This document shows positions 9,312-17,847 of a stretch of 32,000 bases of DNA, in pieces. Below the pieces are notes generated by a model. The model did not search any database. It was not told the DNA's origin and saw only the letters and a list, made by a program, of their open reading frames with translations. Position numbers and translations under genes: made by a program. The stretch's first letter is position 1. Every line of letters starts with the position of its first letter. The DNA lies in assembly GCF_026337845.1 (NCBI RefSeq), contig NZ_JAOVZF010000154.1, forward strand, positions 283,640 through 315,639. Reading direction: 5' to 3'. The DNA is from Paraliomyxa miuraensis (GTDB taxonomy: Bacteria; Myxococcota_A; Polyangia; Nannocystales; Nannocystaceae).

Positions 9312-10421
9312 ATGACCACCAAGATCGACGCGCTCGTGGTGGGCGCCGGGGTCATCGGCCTGGCCATCGCGCGGGCGCTCGCCCTCGCCGGCCGCGAGGT
9401 CGTGGTGATCGAGCGCGAGGGCGCCCCGGGCCAGCACACCTCCTCGCGCAACAGCGAGGTGCTCCACGCCGGGCTCTACTACCCCCCCGGCAGCCTCAAG
9501 GCGCGCCTGTGCGTGGAGGGCCGCCGCGCGCTGGTGCGCTACTGCGAGGCGCGGGGCGTGGCGCATCGCGTGCTCGGCAAGCTGGTCGTGGCCACCACCG
9601 AGGCCGAGCGACCCGCCCTGCGTCGGCTCCATGCCCAGGCCCAGCACAACGGCGTGGTCGACCTTCGCCCGCTGTCCGGCCCCGACGTCCGCGCGCTCGA
9701 GCCCGCGGTGCGGGCGGTCGAGGGCCTGTGGTCTCCGTCCACCGGCATCGTCGACGCGCACGCGCTCATGCGCGCGCTGTGGGCCGATGCCGAGCAGGCC
9801 GGAGCCATGCTCGCGCTGCACACCACGCTCGTGCGGGCTCGCGTGGAAGACGACGGCCTGCGCGTGTGGGCCGGTGACACAGAGCTGAAGTGCCAGCGCT
9901 TGATCAACGCCGCCGGCCTGCTCGCGCCGAAGGTCGCCCGCACCATCGAGGGCTCGCCCCTCGAGCGCGTGCCCCGGTCGTACCTGCTCAAGGGCAGCTA
10001 CTTCGCGCTGACCGGCCCCGCCCCGTTCTCCCACCTGGTCTATCCCATGCCCGACGCCACCACGCTCGGGATCCACGTCACCCTCGATCTTGCGGGTCGC
10101 GTGCGCCTGGGTCCCGATCGACAGTGGGTCGATCGCATCGACTACACCGTCGATCCCGAGCGCGCGCCGGCCTTTGCCCGTGCCGTGTCGCGCTACTACC
10201 CCGCGCTCGACCCCGCCGCCCTGCAGCCCGACACGGCCGGGATCCGCCCCAAGCTCCACGGCCCGCCGGGTCCACCCCCCGGCACCACGCCCGACTTCGT
10301 CATCGAAGGCCCCGCCGAGCATGGCGTGCCCGGCCTGTGCCATCTCTACGGCATCGAGAGCCCGGGTCTCACCGCCTGCCTCGCGATCGCCGACGAGGTC
10401 CTGCGACGCCTCGGCGCCTGA
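9312..10421 (+). CDS. FAD-dependent oxidoreductase, L-2-hydroxyglutarate oxidase/dehydrogenase (LhgO)-like
   Basis: N-terminal dinucleotide fold DALVVGAGVIGLAIARAL..VVVIE. The segment HTSSRNSEVLHAGLYYPPGSLKARLCVEG..LVVATTEAE closely parallels E. coli LhgO as I recall it. The C-terminus has YGIESPGLTA. Alternative ATG at 9300. Confidence 0.85.
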   Translation: MTTKIDALVVGAGVIGLAIARALALAGREVVVIEREGAPGQHTSSRNSEVLHAGLYYPPGSLKARLCVEGRRALVRYCEARGVAHRVLGKLVVATTEAERPALRRLHAQAQHNGVVDLRPLSGPDVRALEPAVRAVEGLWSPSTGIVDAHALMRALWADAEQAGAMLALHTTLVRARVEDDGLRVWAGDTELKCQRLINAAGLLAPKVARTIEGSPLERVPRSYLLKGSYFALTGPAPFSHLVYPMPDATTLGIHVTLDLAGRVRLGPDRQWVDRIDYTVDPERAPAFARAVSRYYPALDPAALQPDTAGIRPKLHGPPGPPPGTTPDFVIEGPAEHGVPGLCHLYGIESPGLTACLAIADEVLRRLGA

Positions 10422-10547
10422 GCGCGAGCACCCGATCGGCTCGCTCACGCGCCCGTCTCCACGCTCGCCATCCAGCGCACGAGCCCGGCCGAAACCGCGC
10501 AGTCGAGCCTCGAACCGCGAGAATGCGCTAGGATCCCCTCGCCTCGG

Positions 10548-11282
10548 ATGTCGGACCAACCGCGAAACCACTGGGGAGTGCTGCTTGCCGTCGTTGCGGC
10601 AGCCGACGGCGTGCTGGGCTACCTCGCGGCGACCACCCAGGACACCAACCTCCAGGCCATCCTGGCGATCGGGGCCATCGCCATGCTGCTGGTGTGCCTG
10701 TGGGTCGTGGTCAAGCTCGGCCAGCCCCGGCGCACCAGTGACGACCCCTCCCCGATGCCCGGGCCCGTCGACCCCGGCCCGTCGCTCGAGATCAAGTACG
10801 ACCTCTACATCAGCACCCCCATGGATGGGCTCGCCCAGCCGGCCTACGATCAGCACCGCGAGCAGATCCGCAGCCTCATCGAGATGCTGGAGGCCGGCCG
10901 GATCACGCGCATCGCCTGTCGCATCAAGGAAGTCGCTCACGGGGCGACCCAACCCACCGACGTCGCGCTCGAACGCAACCTCCGCAGCATCCGCCAGAGC
11001 CGGGTCCTGGTGCTGGTCATGCCCAACCGCCGCAGCAGCAGCGCCCTGGTCGAGGTGGGTGCCGCGCTCGCGATGGGCAAGGTGGTGTTCGCGTTCGTCG
11101 CCAGCCGGCTCGACAACCTGCCGTTCCTCATCCGCAGCAGCCACCACCAGCCCAACGGCGCAGCCGGGCCCATCAACCTCAAGACCTATACCTACGGGTC
11201 GATGGACGACATCTCGCGCCACATCCTCGACAACCGGCACCTGATCTTCGGTCAGCCCACGCTCCCACCGTCGGCCGGGTAG
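10548..11282 (+). CDS. Two-TM membrane protein with cytoplasmic TIR / nucleoside 2-deoxyribosyltransferase-like (Rossmannoid) domain
   Basis: Two hydrophobic helices at aa ~9-29 and 37-56. These are followed by YDLYISTPM (first strand), helices, then SRVLVLVMPNRRSSSALVEVGAALAMGKVVFAF. The last segment matches the NDT/TIR-type strand - Ser/Asp loop - conserved Glu - GK pattern, with Glu169 at nt 11052-11054. Stop TAG at 11280-11282 lies 2 nt before the next ATG. Confidence 0.7.
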   Translation: MSDQPRNHWGVLLAVVAAADGVLGYLAATTQDTNLQAILAIGAIAMLLVCLWVVVKLGQPRRTSDDPSPMPGPVDPGPSLEIKYDLYISTPMDGLAQPAYDQHREQIRSLIEMLEAGRITRIACRIKEVAHGATQPTDVALERNLRSIRQSRVLVLVMPNRRSSSALVEVGAALAMGKVVFAFVASRLDNLPFLIRSSHHQPNGAAGPINLKTYTYGSMDDISRHILDNRHLIFGQPTLPPSAG

Positions 11283-11284
11283 GC

Positions 11285-13873
11285 ATGGGGCTCGAGCACG
11301 GCCGCACGTATCGGGCGCGGGTCACCATGCTCAGCATCGAGGCCCGCGACCGCGAGCTTCCGTTCGTGCTTCGCCGCGGCGACTCCCTGGGCGAGGGGGC
11401 GCAGGCATGGGTCTACAAGATCTACCAGGTCGACGACGATCCCAGCCGCGACTCCGAGGACGATCCGACCTCCGACGAGCAGCCACCCGGACAGTCGGGC
11501 TCCAACGACCGACGGTCGAGCTTCGGCCCGCCCGCCCAGGCCGGTCCCGACTCGTCCGCCGCCCCCACCCTGCGCTGGTTCGCGCTCAAGCTGTTCAAGA
11601 CCGACGACGAAGGGGCCAAGCGCGAGAGCCACATCATCCGCTCGCTCGGGGACGACGACGGCGTGATCCGCTTTCACGCCGAGATCGAGCTGTGGCTGCC
11701 CGCCATCGGCACGCGGGTGGGCCTGGTCACCAACTACGTCGCGGGCGAGAAGCTCTCGGACGTGCTCGACCAGCGGCGGCTGCGGCCGAGCGAGGCCGAG
11801 GCGCTGGGCCTGCGCTTGCTCGAGACCCTCGAGGCGATCCATGGACGCGGGGTCCTCCACACCGACATCAAGCCGGCCAACATCATCATCCCGCAGGAGG
11901 GCAACGCGCTGCTGTTCGATCGCGCCGTGCTGCTCGACTTCGGCCACGCCCACCGCGACGACCAGCCCTACGAGCACGCGCGCGGGACCCCCTTCTACAA
12001 GCCACGCGCCCCGCAGACCAGCACCACCCACGACTGGCGCAAGCGCGACGTGTTCGCGGTGGGCGTCATCCTCTATCGGTGCCTGGTCGGCGGCTACCCC
12101 TGGGGCACCATGGAGATCCAGGCCGAGGGGGCCGACCTCGCGCGCGTGATCGAGGCCGAGATGGCCAGCCGCCCCATGCGGAGCGTTCGGCCCCAGGACT
12201 GGCCGTGGTGGTGGTCGAGCCGGCGCCTGGCCCACAGCACGCTCGCACGGCTGCTCGGAGGCGGTCACTGGGCGCGGATTCCCTCGGTCGACACCGCCAA
12301 GCGGCTCGTGCGGCTCGGCCTGGGCCCCATTGCCACCGTGGTCAAGCTGCTCGGCGTCGTCCTGATCGCAGCCGTGCTCGTCTCGCTGCTGCTGTGGGGG
12401 TGGAACGCGGTGGGGCCGTGCCCCGAGGGTCGAGCGCGCTGCGACGGCACGTGCATGCCCATCGGCGAGCCATGTCGCGAGGACCAGGATCTGGTCTGCA
12501 CCGCGCAGGGCTGCCAGTGCCCCCCGGGCCTCGCGGGCGTGGCACCGGGCGTGTGCGCCGACACCCAGAGCAGCGCCGAGCACTGCGGAGGCCCGTACCT
12601 GCCGTGCGCCGAGCCCCGCACGTGCCACCAGGGCCAGTGCCGCTGCGACGACGATCAGATCTACTGCGAGGACGAGTGCAAGAGCAACAACGATCGCTTC
12701 TTCCTGCGGCCCGAGCACTGCGGTGCATGCGACGAGCGCTGCACCGCGGACGAGATCTGCCACCACGGCCAGTGCCGTGATGCCTGCGAGGCTCGGGGGC
12801 TCGCGCGGTGCGACGGGGACTGCAAGGCGCTGGCCTCCGACGGCGACCACTGTGGCGAGTGCGGCAACGACTGCAAGAATGGCCGCGCCTGCGTGGCCGG
12901 CACGTGCACCTGCGCGGCTGGCCTCGTGGAAGCCAGCGACGGCTGCGTCGACCCCCGCTCGAACCCGCTCGCATGCGGCGACCCACCCGTGCCCTGCAAG
13001 GACGGGCAGCTCTGCGACGACGGAACGTGTCGAACCACGTGTGGGGGCAGCGAGCTCGAGTGCGCGGGAACCTGCATCGACCCCAAGACCGACGATCGCT
13101 TCTGTGGTGCGAAGGATTGCCGCGACCCCAAGCGATCGGGGGTCGCATGTGGCCCGGGACAGTCGTGCCGCAAGGGCAAGTGCGTGCTCTCGTGCCCCGC
13201 CTCGCAGATCGACTGCAACGGCCGCTGCATCGATCCCGGCACCGACCACCAATTCTGCGGCGCGGCCCCGGGCTGCACCCACGGGCGCGCCTGCGGCTCC
13301 ACCGAGCAGTGCGTCGGTGGTACGTGCACCACCACGTGCGCCCCCGACGAGCTCGTCTGCGGGGGCCACTGCGTGGACCCCCGTCACCACCCCACCTGGT
13401 GCGGCGTCACGGGCCGCTGCGAGGAAGCCACTGCATGCGGGGCCGACGAGCTGTGCGACCAGGGTCGCTGCCGGCCCCGCTGCCCCGCCGGGACGCTCCG
13501 CTGCGACGCCACGTGCGTCGACCCTCGCTCCGACGAGCACTGCGGTCGCCAGGCGTGCCCCTCCGGCTCCGCCCCACCGGTGTGCCGCGGCGGATCGCAC
13601 TGCGTCGAGGGCGAGTGCGTCTACGCGTGTCCCCCGGGGCGGCTGCTGTGCAACGACCGCTGCATCGATCCCGACTCCGACCCCGAGCACTGCGGAGCCG
13701 AGGAGCGCTGCACGACCGAGGGCGAGCGCGGCCGGGCCTGCACCGCAGACCAGCGCTGCGAGCACGGCGAGTGCAAGGACGTCCCGGGCCTGACTCCGCC
13801 GCCAACGACCACCGGAGGCACCACCGGGGGCACCACCAGCGACGCCACCACCAGCGGCGAGCCCCAGCCCTGA
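11285..13873 (+). CDS. Transmembrane non-RD Ser/Thr kinase with about nine cysteine-rich extracellular repeats
   Basis: Kinase motifs: LGEGAQAWVY (G-loop), WFALKLF (Lys), KRESHII (Glu), LHTDIKPANIII (HTD instead of HRD), LLDFGHA, DVFAVGVILYRCLVGGYPW. TM segment VVKLLGVVLIAAVLVSLLLWGW. This is followed by modules such as RCIDPGTDHQFCG...C..G.C and a Thr/Gly-rich tail. Alternative start at ATG 11327. Confidence 0.85.
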   Translation: MGLEHGRTYRARVTMLSIEARDRELPFVLRRGDSLGEGAQAWVYKIYQVDDDPSRDSEDDPTSDEQPPGQSGSNDRRSSFGPPAQAGPDSSAAPTLRWFALKLFKTDDEGAKRESHIIRSLGDDDGVIRFHAEIELWLPAIGTRVGLVTNYVAGEKLSDVLDQRRLRPSEAEALGLRLLETLEAIHGRGVLHTDIKPANIIIPQEGNALLFDRAVLLDFGHAHRDDQPYEHARGTPFYKPRAPQTSTTHDWRKRDVFAVGVILYRCLVGGYPWGTMEIQAEGADLARVIEAEMASRPMRSVRPQDWPWWWSSRRLAHSTLARLLGGGHWARIPSVDTAKRLVRLGLGPIATVVKLLGVVLIAAVLVSLLLWGWNAVGPCPEGRARCDGTCMPIGEPCREDQDLVCTAQGCQCPPGLAGVAPGVCADTQSSAEHCGGPYLPCAEPRTCHQGQCRCDDDQIYCEDECKSNNDRFFLRPEHCGACDERCTADEICHHGQCRDACEARGLARCDGDCKALASDGDHCGECGNDCKNGRACVAGTCTCAAGLVEASDGCVDPRSNPLACGDPPVPCKDGQLCDDGTCRTTCGGSELECAGTCIDPKTDDRFCGAKDCRDPKRSGVACGPGQSCRKGKCVLSCPASQIDCNGRCIDPGTDHQFCGAAPGCTHGRACGSTEQCVGGTCTTTCAPDELVCGGHCVDPRHHPTWCGVTGRCEEATACGADELCDQGRCRPRCPAGTLRCDATCVDPRSDEHCGRQACPSGSAPPVCRGGSHCVEGECVYACPPGRLLCNDRCIDPDSDPEHCGAEERCTTEGERGRACTADQRCEHGECKDVPGLTPPPTTTGGTTGGTTSDATTSGEPQP

Positions 13874-13927
13874 CGACCGCCCCGGCGTTTCCCAATCGCC
13901 GGCCCCTGTGACAATAGTGGCGGCGCC

Positions 13928-14413
13928 ATGCCGCTCTACCCCCTGGCCATCGGGCTGACCATCCTCGCCAACGTCGGCTACCACCTGTGCCAGAAGGCGA
14001 TCCGCCCCGACGTCAGCCCGGCCGCCTCGCTCGTGGTCACCTACGCGGTGGCGCTGGTGCTGTCGCTGTTGCTGTGGCCGTGGCTCGGCGGCGGCGAGGG
14101 CATGACCGTCGCGCTCCGCCGCCTCGGCCCCGCCACCTATGCCCTCGGCGCCGCGGTGGTGCTCATCGAGCTGGGCTTCTTGCTCGCCTACCGTGCCGGC
14201 TGGACCCTCGGCGTGGCCGCGCTCTACTGCAGCGCCGCGGTGGCGCTGGTGCTGGTGCCGGTCGGCATGCTCGCGTTCGGCGAGACCCTCGATCTGCGCA
14301 AGGGCGCGGGCCTGCTGCTCGCGCTCGCCGGCCTGCTGCTGCTCACCGAGCCCCGCGCCTCCGCGGGCGAGCCCACGGAGGCGCGAGCCGGGGAGCGCAA
14401 CCCCGGCCCGTGA
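13928..14413 (+). CDS. Small EamA/DMT-like integral membrane protein
   Basis: 161 aa with 4-5 hydrophobic helices (LAIGLTILANVGYHL, ASLVVTYAVALVLSLLLW, ALGAAVVLIELGFLLAY, ALVLVPVGMLAFGE, GLLLALAGLLLL), resembling half of an EamA transporter. The exact family is not certain. Confidence 0.65.
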   Translation: MPLYPLAIGLTILANVGYHLCQKAIRPDVSPAASLVVTYAVALVLSLLLWPWLGGGEGMTVALRRLGPATYALGAAVVLIELGFLLAYRAGWTLGVAALYCSAAVALVLVPVGMLAFGETLDLRKGAGLLLALAGLLLLTEPRASAGEPTEARAGERNPGP

Positions 14414-14425
14414 TCGGCTCGGGGC

Positions 14426-16291
14426 TCACCCCGCGATGTCGCCCGGATCGAGCGTCCACGCCCCGCGCATGTTCTGGTTGTTGGTCTCCTGCCCCGGCAG
14501 CCAGAACGCCGGGTGGCTCGGGTCCGTGCCCGGCTGCGGTGGATCGTCGATCGCCGTGACCCACAGCTGCTTGTTGCGCGTCACCGGATCGGTGTTGGTG
14601 AGGATGTTGCCGTAGGTGCGCTCCGACACGAACACCAGCCAGAAGTAGCCGCCGCGCGACTCGGGCATGAACGTGGGCTCGTAGCACGCCGAGCTCTGAT
14701 CGCCCGACAGATAGCCCACGCCGCAGCCGCGATCGAGCATGACCTGCTGCGACCCGTCGAGGTTGGAGAGCCCCAGCTCGCCGAGAGCCCCCCGCGTGCG
14801 CGCCTGCGTCGCCAGCCCATACGCGAGCCACTCCGAGTCCGGGCTCCACGTCGGGAACGTCACCGCCGTGCGCGATGCGGTGGGCGCCACCAGCAGGTGA
14901 TCGTTGGCGAACCCCGGCGTCACCAGGTCCACGTCGCTCACCCACACGCTCGAGTGGTTGAAGTCGAGCCAGTTGCCATCGGTGCGCACCGTGTACGCCA
15001 GCTTGGTGCCGTCGGGCGACCACGCCGGGAACGCCGGGAACCCGCCGCCCGCCGGCGGGGGCAGGCTCGCCAGCACCGTCAGGCTGTCGAACGTGCTCAG
15101 GTTCGCCACCCCGCTGGTCTGCCCCCACACCACGTAGTCCCCCTCGGGCGAGATCGCCTGGAAGCCCGAGGTCGTGTCCGTCGCGAACAACGACGCCCCA
15201 TCGGAGGTCTCGAACGTGCCCCAGGGGCTGTAGCCGCCGTGGAACGAGGCCACCAGCGTCGTCCCGTCCGCCGACACGCTGTGGCACGCCACGCACGTCA
15301 CCCCCGGGGGCTTCTGCAGGAACGGCTCGGGGGCAGGATCGCCCAGCTTGAGCCGCACCACGTTGCCGTTGTTGACCTCCCAGTAGTAGATGATGCCGAT
15401 GAGATCGGCGTCGGCGATGTGCCAGCTCGACGTGACGGGCTGGTACACGGTCGCGCCGTCGTAGCGCTGCAGCGCCACCGAGATGTCATCGGCCACCACG
15501 GAGTGCGTGAGCTTCGACCAGATGTCGGTGGGCACGGTGGGGAACGCGTAGCGCCCCGGATCCACCCCGGTCATCCATGCCTCGTACTCGAACGTCGGCG
15601 ATTCCAGGTGCAGGTAGAACGTGTCGGTCGCCGTGCCGCCGTTCCACATCACCACCGGCCCGGTCAGGTCGCGCGGGAACACGGTGTCGGTGTACGGATA
15701 GAGCAGCGTCAGCGACGGATCGGCCGGCCCCGCGCCGGGGAACAGGTTCTGCGTGCCATCGTCGACGCCGCCGTCGTCGTGGTAGTGGAGCTTGACCGTG
15801 GCCAGCGTCTGGGCATCACCCGACGCCGACGTGAAGTCCACCGTCACGATCCCACCCGCGAGCCCCGACGCCGCCAGCTCGCCGGTCGACGTGTCCACGC
15901 TGGCCACGTCGAGGCGATCGACCTCCCACGTGCCCTCCACCGGCACCTGCGCGCCCGCGGCCGTGATGCCCACCGCCTGCAGCTGGATCGGAGCCGGCAG
16001 CACCCCATCGACGACCTCGAGGAACGGCGACGCGGGGAGGATCTGCACCTCCACGATCTCGACGTCGGTCTCGGTGTCGGCGCTGGTCTCGTCCGCCACC
16101 TCGGTCGCGCTCGACGTGCTGCCCGTCGCGGGCGCATCCGTGGTGGCGGAGTCGAGCCCCGTCAGCCCCGGGCCGTCGTCCTCGCGCGTCTCTCCATCAC
16201 CCCCTCCGGTGCACGCCACCGCCATCGCGACGACGAGCGACAACGACACCTGCCTGCACGCATCGATCATCTGCAACACCCTCACGCTCAT
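14426..16291 (-). CDS. Lipoprotein with Big-like N-terminal domain, CxxCH motif and PD40/TolB-like beta-propeller repeats
   Basis: ATG at 16291. Signal MSVRVLQMIDACRQVSLSLVVAMAVA|C. A single haem-type motif GVTCVACHSV. PD40-like AWSPDGTKLAY and TWSPDSEWLAY. Conserved-looking tail HPAFWLPGQE. Alternative ATG at 16270. Confidence 0.8.
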   Translation of the reverse strand: MSVRVLQMIDACRQVSLSLVVAMAVACTGGGDGETREDDGPGLTGLDSATTDAPATGSTSSATEVADETSADTETDVEIVEVQILPASPFLEVVDGVLPAPIQLQAVGITAAGAQVPVEGTWEVDRLDVASVDTSTGELAASGLAGGIVTVDFTSASGDAQTLATVKLHYHDDGGVDDGTQNLFPGAGPADPSLTLLYPYTDTVFPRDLTGPVVMWNGGTATDTFYLHLESPTFEYEAWMTGVDPGRYAFPTVPTDIWSKLTHSVVADDISVALQRYDGATVYQPVTSSWHIADADLIGIIYYWEVNNGNVVRLKLGDPAPEPFLQKPPGVTCVACHSVSADGTTLVASFHGGYSPWGTFETSDGASLFATDTTSGFQAISPEGDYVVWGQTSGVANLSTFDSLTVLASLPPPAGGGFPAFPAWSPDGTKLAYTVRTDGNWLDFNHSSVWVSDVDLVTPGFANDHLLVAPTASRTAVTFPTWSPDSEWLAYGLATQARTRGALGELGLSNLDGSQQVMLDRGCGVGYLSGDQSSACYEPTFMPESRGGYFWLVFVSERTYGNILTNTDPVTRNKQLWVTAIDDPPQPGTDPSHPAFWLPGQETNNQNMRGAWTLDPGDIAG

Positions 16292-16620
16292 CACCGGCCT
16301 TCGACACCGCACCCATGGTGCCCTTCCGATGTCGATCGATGACACACGAACCAAACACCCAGATTTGGCAGCGCGTCGCGGGTCCTCCCCCATCGACTGG
16401 TTCATCGTCGAGGGTTCTCGGCACCGGCGTTCCCCTGGCTGACCGTTGCCCGTCGAGGGATTCCCCTCGGATGGATCCCCGTCGACGGCGAAACCCCGCG
16501 TGCGCAGAACGGGCCCTCGGCCCCGAGCGATCGTAACGCCGTTCGCGACCTCGTCCCCCGCGCACCCACGGGTCCCCTTGTCCCGCGCGCGGATGCGTGC
16601 GCTACCCTCCGCCCCCGCCC

Positions 16621-17847
16621 ATGGCCGACCAGCTCTCGAACGACCTCGCGTCGCTTCGCATCGCCCGCGACGACGGCCCGCCGAGCTCCGGCTGGCTGCG
16701 GCGGCTGGTGTTGCTGGCTGTGCTCGGGATCGCGGGTGCGGCCGCCTGGATCTACGGCAAGCCGCTGGTCGAGGCCAAGGTGCTGCGGCCGGAGGTCGAC
16801 GTCACGCAGATCGTCGTCGTCACCCCCGCCGAGGCCCAGGCCAAGCTCACCTCCACCGGCTACGTCGTGCCCCAGCGGCTCTCCCGGGTGGGCGCTCGCG
16901 TGCCCGGGCGCATCAAGGAGATGCACGTGCGCGAGGGTCAGGTGGTCGCCGCCGGCGACGTGCTCGCGCAGCTCGAGGCCGCCGACCAGCGAGCGCTGCT
17001 CAACACCGCCCGGGCCCGCCTGCTCGCCGCCAAGGCGCAGGTGCAGACCGCCAAGGCCGAGCTCGCCGACGCCCAGCAACAGGCCAAGCGCGAGCGCGCC
17101 CTGGTGCAGCGCGGCGTGGGTCAGCTCGCCGCCGCCGAGGATCTCGAGTTCCGTGCGCTCGCCGTGCAAAAGCAGGTGGCCGCCGCCGAGGCCAACGTCA
17201 AGGCCGTCAAGGCCGAGGTCGACGCCATCGAGGTCAACCTCGCCGACTACACCATCACCGCGCCCATGGATGGCACCGTGGTCGCCAAGCCCGCCCAGGT
17301 CGGCGAGCTGGTCGGCGTGCAAGCGTCCGCGCTGGTCGAGCTCGCCGACTTCGGCTCGTTGATGGTCGAGACCGACGTGCCCGAGGGGCGGCTGCACCTG
17401 GTGCAGCTCGAGGATCCCTGCCAGATCGTGCTCGACGCCTACCCCACCCGCACCTATCGGGGTCGCGTGGAGCAGATCACCCCCAAGGTCAATCGCGCCA
17501 AGGCCACCGTCACCGTCAAGGTTCGCTTCGACGGCGATGCACAGGGCGTGCTGCCCGACATGGCCGCGCGCGTGAGCTTCTTGACCGGCGAGCCCGACCC
17601 CGCGCTCGCCGACGCCGCCCCCAAGGTCATCGTGCCCGCCGCCGCGATCGACGAGCGCAACGGCAGCACCGTGGTGTTCGTGCTCGACGACGACACCGTC
17701 CGCATGCAGACCGTCGAGCTCGGGGAGACCGTGGGCTCGGGATTCGAGCTGCTCGCGGGACCGCAGCCGGGGGCCACCGTGGTGCGCGAGCCGCCCAGCT
17801 CGCTCGAAGACGGCCAGAAGGTCGAACGAAAGGACCAAGCTTCATGA
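16621..17847 (+). CDS. Efflux periplasmic adaptor (HlyD/MacA-type membrane fusion protein)
   Basis: N-terminal TM segment LRRLVLLAVLGIAGAAAWI. Lipoyl-like GRIKEMHVREGQVVAAGDVLAQLE. A long coiled-coil hairpin, then ITAPMDGTVVAKPAQVGELV. Stop TGA overlaps the next ATG (ATGA at 17844-17847). Confidence 0.9.
   Translation: MADQLSNDLASLRIARDDGPPSSGWLRRLVLLAVLGIAGAAAWIYGKPLVEAKVLRPEVDVTQIVVVTPAEAQAKLTSTGYVVPQRLSRVGARVPGRIKEMHVREGQVVAAGDVLAQLEAADQRALLNTARARLLAAKAQVQTAKAELADAQQQAKRERALVQRGVGQLAAAEDLEFRALAVQKQVAAAEANVKAVKAEVDAIEVNLADYTITAPMDGTVVAKPAQVGELVGVQASALVELADFGSLMVETDVPEGRLHLVQLEDPCQIVLDAYPTRTYRGRVEQITPKVNRAKATVTVKVRFDGDAQGVLPDMAARVSFLTGEPDPALADAAPKVIVPAAAIDERNGSTVVFVLDDDTVRMQTVELGETVGSGFELLAGPQPGATVVREPPSSLEDGQKVERKDQAS

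Noticed and set aside
9198-9313. Longer N-termini for both divergent genes: oxidoreductase from ATG 9198, kinase from 9451 or 9313.
   Set aside because: The extensions overlap each other on opposite strands and translate to Arg/Ser/Thr/Pro-rich non-protein-like sequence. The canonical GxGxxG fold and the kinase domain start well downstream.
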